This document shows positions 34,572-44,259 of a DNA stretch of 64,000 bases, one piece after another. Position 1 is the stretch's first letter. The number at the start of each line of letters is the position of its first letter. The position numbers were made by a program, and so were the translations under genes. The stretch comes from a virus (taxonomy: Duplodnaviria; Caudoviricetes): positions 1 to 64,000 of the IMG/VR virus record IMGVR_UViG_3300023174_000047. One strand, given 5' to 3'. The notes under the pieces are model-generated. The model was not told the DNA's origin and made no database searches. It was given only the letters and a program-made list of their open reading frames with translations.

Positions 34572-36041
34572 ATGAATAGAATCAAACCTACACAGGCTTA
34601 TATCGATCAAAATCGCGCTAAGGTGCTTCTTGAAAAGTGGGGTCCAGTATTGGATTACACCTCCAAGAACGTCGCAGCCATCGAAAACGAACATACTCGT
34701 TTAAACACCGCAATGCTCTTGGAAAACCAAGAAGCATGGTGCTTAAGCGAAGCAAACGTTGGCGGTCAAGGCGGTTCTTTTGGTAGTGCAGCGGGTGGTC
34801 AATACTCCCCTCCTACCGGAATTTCCTCTTCCGACAGCTATGCTACAAATGATGCTCGTCTTCCAAAGATTTTGATTCCGATGATTCGTCGTACGTTCCC
34901 TGAACTTATCAGTAACGAGATATGCGGTGTGCAGCCAATGAGCGGCCCTGTCGGACTCGCCTTTGCTCTTCGCTACAAGTATGGTACAAACACACTTGGT
35001 AACGCAAACAGCATTGACGGATCTACACAAGGTACATCAGGCACGCATAGTCAGCAAGGAGTTAGTTACGGAACCGGCAACGGACAAAATGAAATGGGAT
35101 ACCAGTTCATTGACACCCGCTTCACCGGTACTTCCGCAACTGTACTCTCCGGTAATAGCTACTGGACTTTCGCTAACCAAGACCGTGGTGTCGCAGAGAT
35201 TTTGAAGAATTTCGAAATCAATAGCAACATCCCAACAGTCGAAGTTAGTTTTGAAAAGACAGCAGTTGAAGCCGGTACTCGCCGTCTGGGCGCTCGTTGG
35301 TCTGTTGAGTTGGAACAGGATCTGAAGAACATGAACGGTATCGATATTGATGCTGAGATTACAAATGCTATGGCATATGAAATCCAGGCTGAAATCGACC
35401 GTGAAATGATTATCCGAATGGTCCAAACCGCACTCAGTCAGCCATACGGCGTTGGCTATTCTGTCTGGAGCCCAGCTTCAGCAGATGGTCGCTGGATGGT
35501 AGAGCGCAACCGTGACTTCTACCAGAGACTCATCATCGAAGCAAATCGCATCGCAGTACGTAATCGTCGCGGTTCGGCTAATTTCATCGTTGCAACACCT
35601 CGTGTGTGTGCAATCCTTGAAATGCTTCCTGAGTTTCAGTGGGCACCTGTCCAAGGCAACGTTAACACCCAGGCAACTGGGGTTGCTAAGGTAGGAAACC
35701 TTGGTGGAAGATTCAATGTGTACCGCGACACTCGTACTGAAGTGCAAAACAGCAATGTCTATGGTGACAACGGTTATACCGGTCAAACCGCAGGCGTTGA
35801 GTATGCACTACTTGGTTACAAAGGCAGCGAATTTTATGACACTGGCATTATCTATTGTCCGTACATTCCTGTTATGATACAACGTACCATTGGTCCAAAC
35901 GACTTCGCTCCACGTGTAGGCTTGCTTACACGTTATGGCGTTGTTGATAACATCTTCGGTGCTAATCTGTACTATCACGTAATCATTGTTCAGGGTCTTG
36001 GTGTGGCATTCACACCTGCGACACAGACAGTCTACTTCTAA
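34572..36041 (+). CDS. gp23: major capsid protein (T4 gp23-like)
   Basis: L.EKW.PVLD, LLENQ, GVQPMSGPVGL.FALRY, EIQAEIDRE, YCPYIP, F.PRVGLLTRYG; SD AAGGA. Confidence 0.97.
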   Translation: MNRIKPTQAYIDQNRAKVLLEKWGPVLDYTSKNVAAIENEHTRLNTAMLLENQEAWCLSEANVGGQGGSFGSAAGGQYSPPTGISSSDSYATNDARLPKILIPMIRRTFPELISNEICGVQPMSGPVGLAFALRYKYGTNTLGNANSIDGSTQGTSGTHSQQGVSYGTGNGQNEMGYQFIDTRFTGTSATVLSGNSYWTFANQDRGVAEILKNFEINSNIPTVEVSFEKTAVEAGTRRLGARWSVELEQDLKNMNGIDIDAEITNAMAYEIQAEIDREMIIRMVQTALSQPYGVGYSVWSPASADGRWMVERNRDFYQRLIIEANRIAVRNRRGSANFIVATPRVCAILEMLPEFQWAPVQGNVNTQATGVAKVGNLGGRFNVYRDTRTEVQNSNVYGDNGYTGQTAGVEYALLGYKGSEFYDTGIIYCPYIPVMIQRTIGPNDFAPRVGLLTRYGVVDNIFGANLYYHVIIVQGLGVAFTPATQTVYF

Positions 36042-36064
36042 TTGAAGGAACAAAGCATTAATCG

Positions 36065-36097
36065 GCGCTGGAGGATTGCTACTCCAGCGCTTTTTTT
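36065..36097 (+). terminator. gp23 terminator
   Basis: GCGCTGGAG-GATTGCTA-CTCCAGCGC + T7. Confidence 0.9.
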
Positions 36098-36155
36098 ATA
36101 CATAAACGCCAAAAAAATTATCTTGCAAAAATAAGACTTTCATATAAATAAAAAC

Positions 36156-36956
36156 ATGTCGTTGCAATTTAGAAAGAACAAAACGTGGACCGAAGAGCAA
36201 AAGAAAGAAATAATTGAATATGCAAATATGCACGGTATATGGTCTGTAAAAGCAAAATTTAACGTGTGGCCTGAAACTGTAAAATATTGGATAAATCCAG
36301 AGCTACGCAACAAGATCAAAAAGATGTCCAATGAGAGTTACAAAAAAACAAAGCAGGATGTTGATGTCAATGATCGCAAAAGAGAGTATAGAAAAATGCG
36401 AGCTGAATCAGGCGATACAGCTAGATACTGGAAACAGTGGTATAAAAGTTTAAGCACAAATAAAAAAGAACAAAATAGTATTCGCATTAAGCAGCACCGG
36501 TTAGATAACAAGGAGCAATACAAACAAAGAGCACAAAAGCACTATGTTGAAAGTAAACCACATTTACGCGAAAAATACAACACCGATCCATTGCATAAAA
36601 TGAAATGCAACATTAGAGAACATATTAGACAGGCCATCAAATATGCTAATTGCTCCAAACATCATCCATCAATTGTATATTTAGGCTGTACAATTGAAGA
36701 GTTCAAACAACACATTGAAAAACAATTTAGACCAGGAATGACCTGGGACAATCATGGCAGAGGAGAGCAATGCTGGCATCTAGATCACATTAAACCGCTC
36801 TGTTGCTTGCAACAACTTACACCAGAACATCTCAAAGATATATGCCATTTCTCTAATTACCAGCCTCTATGGGAAATAGAAAATTTAACCAAAAACGCTA
36901 AATTTCAAGAAACAGATACAAAAATATCAAACACATTACATGATCAAATTAACTGA
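36156..36956 (+). CDS. HNH endonuclease (HTH + coiled region + C-terminal HNH)
   Basis: YLGCTIEEFK.HIEKQF..GMTWDNHG...WHLDHIKP...HFSNYQPLW..EN..K. Confidence 0.85.
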   Translation: MSLQFRKNKTWTEEQKKEIIEYANMHGIWSVKAKFNVWPETVKYWINPELRNKIKKMSNESYKKTKQDVDVNDRKREYRKMRAESGDTARYWKQWYKSLSTNKKEQNSIRIKQHRLDNKEQYKQRAQKHYVESKPHLREKYNTDPLHKMKCNIREHIRQAIKYANCSKHHPSIVYLGCTIEEFKQHIEKQFRPGMTWDNHGRGEQCWHLDHIKPLCCLQQLTPEHLKDICHFSNYQPLWEIENLTKNAKFQETDTKISNTLHDQIN

Positions 36957-37869
36957 ATTAAAGCAGCAAGTTATGCTCATGGCCAAAACAATGCCTAAGC
37001 AAGCAATCATTGATTTAATGCAGGGTATTATTTCTGCTGCTACTATATACAGGTGGATTTCAAATGATAGAAGCAATGATGATTGTCTGGCATTGTGTTA
37101 TACAGAACAGCAGCTTCAGCGGGAATTAAATATGTATAAAATATCTGATGGAACTTATGACGCAACTCCTCGTAACAATAAAATTGTTTTAAACTTTCAG
37201 CCACATTTTTATCATAATGAGCGCCGGCTATGGCAACATCTAGAAATTAGAGATAAATTAATTGCTAATAGAAAAAAATATTTAAACAAAAACGAATTTA
37301 CCAATGCTGAAATACTTCGAGGGTTTAAGATATCTGGTATTTGTAGCGGTTTTTCGCATTTCTCTCCATTATGGTTGCGTAAATTTATACAGCAATACAA
37401 TATAAAAGATGTTTATGATCCCTGTGGTGGGTGGGGTCACAGAATACTTGGTGCACTAAATATTAACTATCATTACAATGATGCATGGGAAGCATCATGT
37501 ATTGGTGCTGAAAAAATTATTAATTTTTGTAATGCGCATCACTCTGTTTCCAATAACGACTGCACAAAAATTTATACAAAAAATGACGCATGCTTCACAT
37601 GTCCGCCATACTATAATATTGAACAATATAGTAAAAAAAAGTTTAGGGATACAAATGATTATCAAGAATTTATTAACTGCATGATTGGTAATAGCGTTGC
37701 AAATATTTGGGGCGTAGTTATAAACAGCACCTACAAGCACCATGTGCAATCTGCATTTGAGCTGCAGGGATACAGATTAATTCAAACAACAAAATTAGGC
37801 AAGACATTTTCACACTTTACTAATAAAGCTAAGCAAAATGCTGAATGGCTATTTGTTTATGTTAGATAG
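36940..37869 (+). CDS. putative amino-type (m6A/m4C) DNA methyltransferase
   Basis: Motif I VYDPCGGWGHR, motif IV FTCPPYY. Confidence 0.8.
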   Translation: MIKLTELKQQVMLMAKTMPKQAIIDLMQGIISAATIYRWISNDRSNDDCLALCYTEQQLQRELNMYKISDGTYDATPRNNKIVLNFQPHFYHNERRLWQHLEIRDKLIANRKKYLNKNEFTNAEILRGFKISGICSGFSHFSPLWLRKFIQQYNIKDVYDPCGGWGHRILGALNINYHYNDAWEASCIGAEKIINFCNAHHSVSNNDCTKIYTKNDACFTCPPYYNIEQYSKKKFRDTNDYQEFINCMIGNSVANIWGVVINSTYKHHVQSAFELQGYRLIQTTKLGKTFSHFTNKAKQNAEWLFVYVR

Positions 37870-37924
37870 CTTTATACTTACGAAAAGGATCGTGTACTTC
37901 TGATTGAAGCAAAAAATCATATTG

Positions 37925-37958
37925 GCGCTGGAGGATTGCTACTCCAGCGCTCCTTTTT
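37925..37958 (+). terminator. duplicate of the gp23 terminator
   Basis: Identical 26-nt hairpin + CCTTTTT. Confidence 0.85.
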
Positions 37959-37972
37959 GTATAAATATAAAC

Positions 37973-38254
37973 ATGATTAGTCAGTTTAACATTATATTTG
38001 AACAGCTGTTACTCGAAGCGAAAAAAGGTGTACGCTGCACCAAGGTAACAGGGCAACAATCATCAACTAGAGATGATAAAAAATACATGCGCTGTGCGCG
38101 TGTTGGTGGTAAGCTTAAGCGCATTCATTATGGTGATCCCAATCTGAGAATCAAAAAATCTAATCCTAAGAAGCGTAAGTCATTTAGAGCGCGTCACAAA
38201 TGTTCAAGTGCTAAGCCAGGAACTGCAAGATATTTTTCATGTAAGAATTGGTAA
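37973..38254 (+). CDS. basic Cys/His-containing protein common in T4-like aquatic phages, probable internal head protein
   Basis: Leader MISQFNIIFEQLLLE; RKSFRARHKC...ARYFSCKNW. Confidence 0.8.
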   Translation: MISQFNIIFEQLLLEAKKGVRCTKVTGQQSSTRDDKKYMRCARVGGKLKRIHYGDPNLRIKKSNPKKRKSFRARHKCSSAKPGTARYFSCKNW

Positions 38255-38291
38255 AAAATAAACCCGCCTTATGGTGGGTTTATTTTTTTTT
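38255..38291. terminator. bidirectional terminator between convergent genes
   Basis: AAAAAATAAACCCGCC-TTAT-GGTGGGTTTATTTTTTT. Confidence 0.8.
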
Positions 38292-38309
38292 TGATTGACT
38301 ATTTGATGC

Positions 38310-38696
38310 TTAATGCATTTCAAGTGCCCACAATCTACGTGTGTTGGGGCTTATATTATCCGTATTTGCTGCTGATACATTCTGAACTTTGGATACTCCA
38401 AATGCAGTTGTTACAGTCACGAGGGAACTTGTACGATCAGGGAATTCGAGAGCAATGGTTTGACCTTGGAAACTCCTGTTTACAGTAATGCTCAAGCCAT
38501 ATGCTGCAGAAAGTGTCACCTTGGTGGTATCTGCATTGGTGAAATTACTATTGTATAAAACCGCTACAACTCGTTTACCATTAATGGTTCCAAAAGAATT
38601 TACGACAATGGTACCATTAGATGCAGAAAGGGTTGCATTAAGTGGCTGTGGATTATATGCAGTTGCATCGCGGAGTTCAAAATTAAAAGCTGGCAT
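38310..38696 (-). CDS. hypothetical late (possibly structural) protein
   Basis: Ala/Thr/Ser-rich; TAAATA upstream. Confidence 0.7.
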   Translation of the reverse strand: MPAFNFELRDATAYNPQPLNATLSASNGTIVVNSFGTINGKRVVAVLYNSNFTNADTTKVTLSAAYGLSITVNRSFQGQTIALEFPDRTSSLVTVTTAFGVSKVQNVSAANTDNISPNTRRLWALEMH

Positions 38697-38781
38697 ACAT
38701 TTATTTATTCGCTATGCAAGGCATTTATGCATTGTTGCTGTTGCAGGTTAATTCTTTTTAATATTATTTTCAGTGCACTCA

Positions 38782-39099
38782 TTAACGCATGAATGTCTTC
38801 ATGTTTTCTACAATCAAACCATCCATATACCGAAAAAACGATTCAGGTGTGAAGCTATGAGCTTGCTTTTTTAAATCAGCTATATATTTTAAGTGCTGCA
38901 CAAAATTCGCATCATTTTCTTTGTTGCGATTTTCTGCTGATTCATAAGCTTCAGATTCTTCGTCTGCATCAAATGTTGCAACTATATAATCTTTTTTTGT
39001 AGAATCATAGACAGCAAAGCGGCCATCATAGGTTCGCTTTACTTTATAATTCTTATCTCCTAGTCTATATGGTTCAATTCTTTTGTAAGATTTAATCAT
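38782..39099 (-). CDS. hypothetical protein
   Basis: Start MIKSYK chosen within track ORF 38782..39195. Confidence 0.6.
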   Translation of the reverse strand: MIKSYKRIEPYRLGDKNYKVKRTYDGRFAVYDSTKKDYIVATFDADEESEAYESAENRNKENDANFVQHLKYIADLKKQAHSFTPESFFRYMDGLIVENMKTFMR

Positions 39100-39265
39100 T
39101 TTAATTTGCCTCCACGTTTGCGACATTTTGCAATGTATCCACTTGCATATGCACTTGGAAATACTTTGTATTTGCTCTTGGCTTTGCGATAACATGCATC
39201 ATGCTTGGGCTTTTTAACTTTTTCTTCAAGCACGTATGTAAATATTTCAGCAAAGATTTCCATGA

Positions 39266-39721
39266 TTATTCACAGTCTTGATTTGCTTTGCATTCTTTAC
39301 ACTCACTGCAATCGCAGCCTTCTTCAGCATATTTGCAATGCATGTGCTCTTCTGCTTCTTCTTTTCCGTGAATAGCTTTGTTTATTTTTTTGCGACGATT
39401 TTTGAGAAATTCATCTGTTTTATCTTTTTTGCCATCATTATTGATATCATCATCCTCTTCACCAACATCATCAAGTTTTTCAAGATATAATGACATCACA
39501 TGTTGATATGCAAAATCAAAAACATTTCCTGGCTGTGCACGTTCAACTAAAGCATTTAATTCATTGGCAAATGCAGATTCTTTTTTTAGAAATTTCTTGA
39601 TTTCTTTTTTGGGCATTTTTTTAGCTACTTTGGCTGCAGCACCTTTTGCTTTGCCTTTGCTTTTTTTAGCACCCATAACGGCACCGAAGAATTTGCGTTG
39701 TTTTTCTGATTTTGCTGGCAT
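39266..39721 (-). CDS. hypothetical protein (DUF3008-like N-terminus, DINNDGK.D..D.FL..RR motif)
   Basis: MPAKSEKQRKFFGAV; Cys-rich C-terminus. Confidence 0.75.
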   Translation of the reverse strand: MPAKSEKQRKFFGAVMGAKKSKGKAKGAAAKVAKKMPKKEIKKFLKKESAFANELNALVERAQPGNVFDFAYQHVMSLYLEKLDDVGEEDDDINNDGKKDKTDEFLKNRRKKINKAIHGKEEAEEHMHCKYAEEGCDCSECKECKANQDCE

Positions 39722-39732
39722 AATGCTTTTAT

Positions 39733-40650
39733 TTATGCTGCTGCGCGCATTTTTAAAAGCATTTTTTCAATGGCTAAATCTTTCATTTTGAGTTCTACTT
39801 CGTAATCAACAGGCATACCGAAATCTTGAGGCAACAGATTAGCATAGTCTGCATGCTTGCGAGTACCATCAATTCCTTCACTGTAGTGAAATACAGGACG
39901 ACAAGGCCATGTGCTATATGCTACATCAAATGCTTCTTGATGACTCATGGCATCTCCGATCATTTCATGATGCAAGTTATCATATGTTACCGGAATTTGT
40001 TCAGTCTTGTACAATTGATTGTAAAGCTCTTGAATAGTCCATTGACCTTGCTTGTTGTCATTCACTTCAACAACTAACCGCTTGCGTACAGAGTCGGAAC
40101 ATTTGGATAGATTGCGACGAAACGTTTGCCCCAGTTTCTCCACGTCGCCTTGTTGTCGAATGTGAATATTAAGAGGAGACTCGTATCCCCGGGGCAACCC
40201 AAGGAGATCAAAGATCTCACCATGTTGCTCTAGGTCTCTAATAGAGTTTGCAACAACACCGTCATCTTCACTTGTTAGGGAGATGAATTCAGAAGGATGC
40301 GCACTGGTTCGAATGTTAGTATCAATAATGGCCTGCTTAGCTTCATCAATGGCATCGAAGATTTTATCTGCATCATCAAAGTCGAGTAGTGTCATGTTGA
40401 CAAGAGGGTGGTTGACAACTGGTACAAGATCTGAAGGTATGCGATATCGCTCAATGCCCATGTCCTTGCACATGTGTACAATTTTAGCAACAGCTTTAAA
40501 GTTGTTGATGATACGCAGTGCAAGAATTGATTCTGCTTGTTTGCGCGGCAGTTTAGCAAACCGCGTGTAGGTCATAGTTTGAAACTTAATGCCTTGCTCT
40601 TTACATTTAAGAGAAATGCAGCACAGACCGAGTGAATAATTATATTTCAT
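39733..40650 (-). CDS. uvsE: UV DNA damage endonuclease UvsE
   Basis: LGLCC, YRIPSDL.P, SAHPSEFISL, NIH, VEVND, YDNLHH, HYSE..KHAD, E.KMKDLA. Confidence 0.9.
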   Translation of the reverse strand: MKYNYSLGLCCISLKCKEQGIKFQTMTYTRFAKLPRKQAESILALRIINNFKAVAKIVHMCKDMGIERYRIPSDLVPVVNHPLVNMTLLDFDDADKIFDAIDEAKQAIIDTNIRTSAHPSEFISLTSEDDGVVANSIRDLEQHGEIFDLLGLPRGYESPLNIHIRQQGDVEKLGQTFRRNLSKCSDSVRKRLVVEVNDNKQGQWTIQELYNQLYKTEQIPVTYDNLHHEMIGDAMSHQEAFDVAYSTWPCRPVFHYSEGIDGTRKHADYANLLPQDFGMPVDYEVELKMKDLAIEKMLLKMRAAA

Positions 40651-40690
40651 ATATAGACATGTTATATGCTTTTTGCAAAATAATCAACAT

Positions 40691-40721
40691 AAAAAACCCG
40701 AGCAGCTTTGTGCTGCTCGGG
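40691..40721 (-). terminator. terminator after queF
   Basis: CCCGAGCAGC-ACAAA-GCTGCTCGGG + T6 on the minus strand. Confidence 0.85.
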
Positions 40722-40759
40722 TAGGGGCGTCCACCATTGTTGCTGTTACAAGCAACAAA

Positions 40760-41692
40760 TTATTGTTTTGTTGTTTTAATATGGCAATATTCAATATTAC
40801 TCAACGAACCGTGCAGTAGTGTCTCACATGAAACACGTTCCGGATTGATATCAATGCCGCCGCGACGAGCATACAAACAAATGACTGACAATGCATCTGG
40901 CTGCAGCACATCATGCAAACGCTTGTAAATGGTCTCACAAATCTCCTCATGAAAGTGGCACTCATCACGGAAAGAAATGATGTAGCGCAGCAGTGATTCA
41001 GGAGTCACAGTCTTGCTACCGTTGTAATGAATCAAAATATCACCAAAATCTGGCTGCGAAGTTACACGACAATTACTTTTGAGTAATGCACTATGATACT
41101 TGTATGTGTTACGGTTGAAACCACGATGCTTTGCATGATCAATGACTTCAAGTAGGTCGGGTGTCTCTTGATACACAGTCACCTCACCATCATCATCATA
41201 AATATTTTCAAGAGTCTCATACTCTTCGAGCATGTACTCATCTATTACAGATGTTTGCTCACAAATTGCTTCATAATTGCTGAAAACCTTGACTTGAACG
41301 TCAGTCTCTAACAACTGACTCAAATCACGTGATGCATGTGCTGCAATGGCGTCGCGGACTTCATCTGCTGTTTCAGCCAATTTGGTCATGTTGAATGAAT
41401 TGAAATACAATTTGATGGATTTAGATTCAACAATATACTTACTAGAGCAAGGGTACACAATCTTTCCGATGCCTGTAACAGGCAATCCTTTGTGTGTGAG
41501 TGCAGATATCTCATAAGCATTCCATGTATCATTACCATAGAAAGGTATGTTATCATCTGAAATATCTAGATGCTTGCGGTTGTTGCTACGAGGCTCTCTT
41601 ACAAGAAGAGATGCATCATACTGAGACTTGTACTCCGAGGTCTTGCCGAGATGTACGCTAATGTTGCTGTTATCGAGTTGGGTTTGTGCCAT
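40760..41692 (-). CDS. queF: NADPH-dependent preQ0 reductase QueF (bimodular)
   Basis: LGK.SEY...YD..LL, D.WNAYE.S, IVESKSIKLYFNSFN, LLKSNC.VT.QPD.G, FHEEICE, YARRGGIDINP. Confidence 0.93.
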   Translation of the reverse strand: MAQTQLDNSNISVHLGKTSEYKSQYDASLLVREPRSNNRKHLDISDDNIPFYGNDTWNAYEISALTHKGLPVTGIGKIVYPCSSKYIVESKSIKLYFNSFNMTKLAETADEVRDAIAAHASRDLSQLLETDVQVKVFSNYEAICEQTSVIDEYMLEEYETLENIYDDDGEVTVYQETPDLLEVIDHAKHRGFNRNTYKYHSALLKSNCRVTSQPDFGDILIHYNGSKTVTPESLLRYIISFRDECHFHEEICETIYKRLHDVLQPDALSVICLYARRGGIDINPERVSCETLLHGSLSNIEYCHIKTTKQ

Positions 41693-42227
41693 ATTGTTTG
41701 AGTGTTTCTTTGATTGTGTGCATGCGCTGTTCAATGCTACCAGCTAATTTAACAATTTGTTCTGGTTTGCAATAATTATTTAAATAAGAATCAATCCGCT
41801 GTGCAATATCATTTCTAAAATCAATGCTGGTTGATCTTTCACCATCATCAACCAAGTCAAAATCTGCTGAACAATAGAAAAAGATATCCACTTTGTTAAT
41901 AAGCAAACTAACTAAATGCCATGCATACTCATGCACCCACGTGCTTACTTTTCCATGTTTATAAAGCCAGTGCGTATATATTAACCCATCAACGATGCAT
42001 CTATCCATAATAACATCACCTTTAATGAACGAATTGGCAAGATGTTGATTGAGTATTAGCAATTGAGTCATATCACCTGCCTGCTCGTTGATGGGTACAT
42101 TATACTGTCTCTTGACAAGACGAGTAACCTCTTCTACATATGTAAAATTATCACCAAATTCTTGCTTGCACAATTTAAGAAGAGATGATTTACCAGTGCT
42201 ACCTGCTCCTGTGAATGATATTACCAT
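41670..42227 (-). CDS. P-loop kinase (dNMP-kinase / AAA_28-like)
   Basis: ISFTGAGSTGKSS, MDRCIVD, DDG.R. Confidence 0.8.
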   Translation of the reverse strand: MVISFTGAGSTGKSSLLKLCKQEFGDNFTYVEEVTRLVKRQYNVPINEQAGDMTQLLILNQHLANSFIKGDVIMDRCIVDGLIYTHWLYKHGKVSTWVHEYAWHLVSLLINKVDIFFYCSADFDLVDDGERSTSIDFRNDIAQRIDSYLNNYCKPEQIVKLAGSIEQRMHTIKETLKQYGTNPTR

Positions 42228-42231
42228 GTTG

Positions 42232-42792
42232 TTACAATATTGTGTTAATGAATTTCTTCCACTGTTCAATAGAAGTTTTTTTGAGAGTATTAATCACTTC
42301 ATCAGCATTTTTGCAATGAGCAATTGTTACTTTGTCATATGATGCAATGGGACCACCATCAATTTCAGATGTGACTCTATGAATAACACATCCACTCATA
42401 GGCATCTTCAGATCATATGCTTTTTGCTGAGGATCTTTACCTTTGAGTTGAGGAAACTTTACAATATCTCCTGGGTGTCCATTGAAGATCTGGTGCTGTT
42501 CACAAACATCACCAGGTACAATTTTTAGCCACCCATGCAAAGTAACAACTGGATCTTCATACGGTGAAAAAGCATTGAATAACGATTTATATGTTTTGCT
42601 GTTGATAATATCTTTATAAGATAACCAAATTAAATTGGTATTACCCCACTTGCTTATATCCACTTCTTCAGCATTTGTAATGACTGCATCTGGCCAAATG
42701 CCAAGCTCTGAGCATACTGCATGCAGCTCACTACCCGTCTGCGAGAACATTGCTATCCAACAACGCTTTGTTTTTTGTTTATTTTCTTTCAT
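42232..42792 (-). CDS. PurN-like formyltransferase (DpdN-like)
   Basis: AMFSQTGSEL, LHGWLKIVP, IFNGHPG, GC.IHRVT.EIDGGPI. Confidence 0.82.
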   Translation of the reverse strand: MKENKQKTKRCWIAMFSQTGSELHAVCSELGIWPDAVITNAEEVDISKWGNTNLIWLSYKDIINSKTYKSLFNAFSPYEDPVVTLHGWLKIVPGDVCEQHQIFNGHPGDIVKFPQLKGKDPQQKAYDLKMPMSGCVIHRVTSEIDGGPIASYDKVTIAHCKNADEVINTLKKTSIEQWKKFINTIL

Positions 42793-43586
42793 CCTGCAAT
42801 AATGTGTTTGAAGTTTTTAATGTTGTATTTGATCTTTCTCATTTGTTCATCTGTAACCTCTGCATCAATCATTTCAACAAGTTTCTGTGACGGTTTAATC
42901 TCTAAACCAAATTCTCCGTTGTATGCATATCCCTTGATACCACACACGACAGGATTGCTTGTGTCTACAGAGTAGATGTTGCCTACGCCTTTGCGGGTAT
43001 AATTAGAAAATTCACGAGCAAGCGAACACCCCAGCAAGTGATGTGGTTTGTTATGATTCCAGATACCATCGTGAATCAAATCATCAATGAGTGAAATTCT
43101 GCCATTGCATTGAAGTTCAAGTTTAGTATTACCCAGCCCAGTGAATTGATAATAAGACATATCAAAGCTAATGGCAATCATATTAGCATTATCCGACATA
43201 AACTTATAGCAATCAACAATCTCACCATAAGTTTTACCTTGAATTGTTCCAATTCTCATGCCCGGCAGATCATCATATGTAGATGCAAACTTAATGAAGT
43301 TCTCAATAGTTTTATAGCCATCTTCTAGTACATCAGGAAGAACATAATATGTTGGTTGTAGTTTTTTAATCCATTCAGCATATTTTTCCGATTCAAATGC
43401 TTCACCCAACTCAAAAATACTATTATCAAGCAGTACATCTCTGCCTTGCTGACGAGCATAAAAAAAGTATTCGTAATACTGCGGGTGTGTCTCAAATAAA
43501 TGAACTAACGCATATGAATAGTCTGTTAAATCATCAACTTCTTTCATGATGCTAATGGGTGCCTCGTGGGCTACTTTGATTTTCAT
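42789..43586 (-). CDS. TGT/DpdA-like TIM-barrel deazaguanine transglycosylase (DpdA3-like)
   Basis: LLDNSIFE, LPDV, GTIQG, AISF, HHLLGC, SVDTS; operon with queF and the formyltransferase. Confidence 0.7.
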   Translation of the reverse strand: MKIKVAHEAPISIMKEVDDLTDYSYALVHLFETHPQYYEYFFYARQQGRDVLLDNSIFELGEAFESEKYAEWIKKLQPTYYVLPDVLEDGYKTIENFIKFASTYDDLPGMRIGTIQGKTYGEIVDCYKFMSDNANMIAISFDMSYYQFTGLGNTKLELQCNGRISLIDDLIHDGIWNHNKPHHLLGCSLAREFSNYTRKGVGNIYSVDTSNPVVCGIKGYAYNGEFGLEIKPSQKLVEMIDAEVTDEQMRKIKYNIKNFKHIIAG

Positions 43587-43692
43587 GTGGTATGATAGTC
43601 TATATTAACAAGAAATCTACATAAAACGCATGCTAGATGTTGTAATTTTTCTTTTGTATTTGAACGCTATTACACAACTTAAATATATACAT

Positions 43693-44259
43693 ATGCTACC
43701 AAAAATAGGCAGTTTTCTTAACAATGCTACAAGTACTTTTGATCAACTTACCAAAGTTGCAAAAGGCATCATGTGTATACCATCATTGATTGGTTCTTTA
43801 TTTAAAGGTGGAGGTTTAAAATCTTTTGGTGCTGCTGTTTTAGGCGCTGCAGCAAATATTATTAATACCATTGTTCAGAATGAAATAGCACTCATCGGAA
43901 ATTTAATATCACAGACGCTTCAGCAATTATACAGAGATATTCTCAGCATAATTAATACTTTCAAAGCAATTTTTCTCACCGTTGCAGCACTGCGTAAAAA
44001 AGTAATTGACACAATAAGTTACATCAAAAATACTGAAAATTGTACTTTTGCAGGTGCAAATATGCTTTCCTGTATTCTTGTATCTGCAACTAATTTACAA
44101 AAAACGCTGCAAAAACCTGCACAGCAGCTGACACAATTTAACAATAGCTTATACGATGCTGTGGGTGGAAATTCAGGAACTCTTAATAACTATGTTAATA
44201 AAAATCTACAATTTTTTGACAAAGCAAAAATGCAGATGAATTTACAAAATTATCTATGA
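43693..44259 (+). CDS. hypothetical late protein upstream of the baseplate hub
   Basis: TAAATA-N7-ATG; 4-bp overlap with the next gene. Confidence 0.7.
   Translation: MLPKIGSFLNNATSTFDQLTKVAKGIMCIPSLIGSLFKGGGLKSFGAAVLGAAANIINTIVQNEIALIGNLISQTLQQLYRDILSIINTFKAIFLTVAALRKKVIDTISYIKNTENCTFAGANMLSCILVSATNLQKTLQKPAQQLTQFNNSLYDAVGGNSGTLNNYVNKNLQFFDKAKMQMNLQNYL

Larger units (their letters stand above)
36030..37958 (+). mobile_element. HNH + methyltransferase cassette flanked by diverged direct repeats of the gp23 3' end and terminator
   Basis: GTCTACTTCTAATTGAAG...GCGCTGGAGGATTGCTACTCCAGCGC (36030-36090) vs GTGTACTTCTGATTGAAG...same hairpin (37892-37950). Confidence 0.7.

Noticed and set aside
37904-37972. 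N-terminal extension of the 37904..38254 ORF
   Set aside because: Runs through the duplicated terminator; TAAATA-N5-ATG at 37973 is the better start
40722-40759. preQ1 riboswitch or attenuator near queF
   Set aside because: The hairpins lie downstream of queF and lack preQ1 consensus; treated as terminator context
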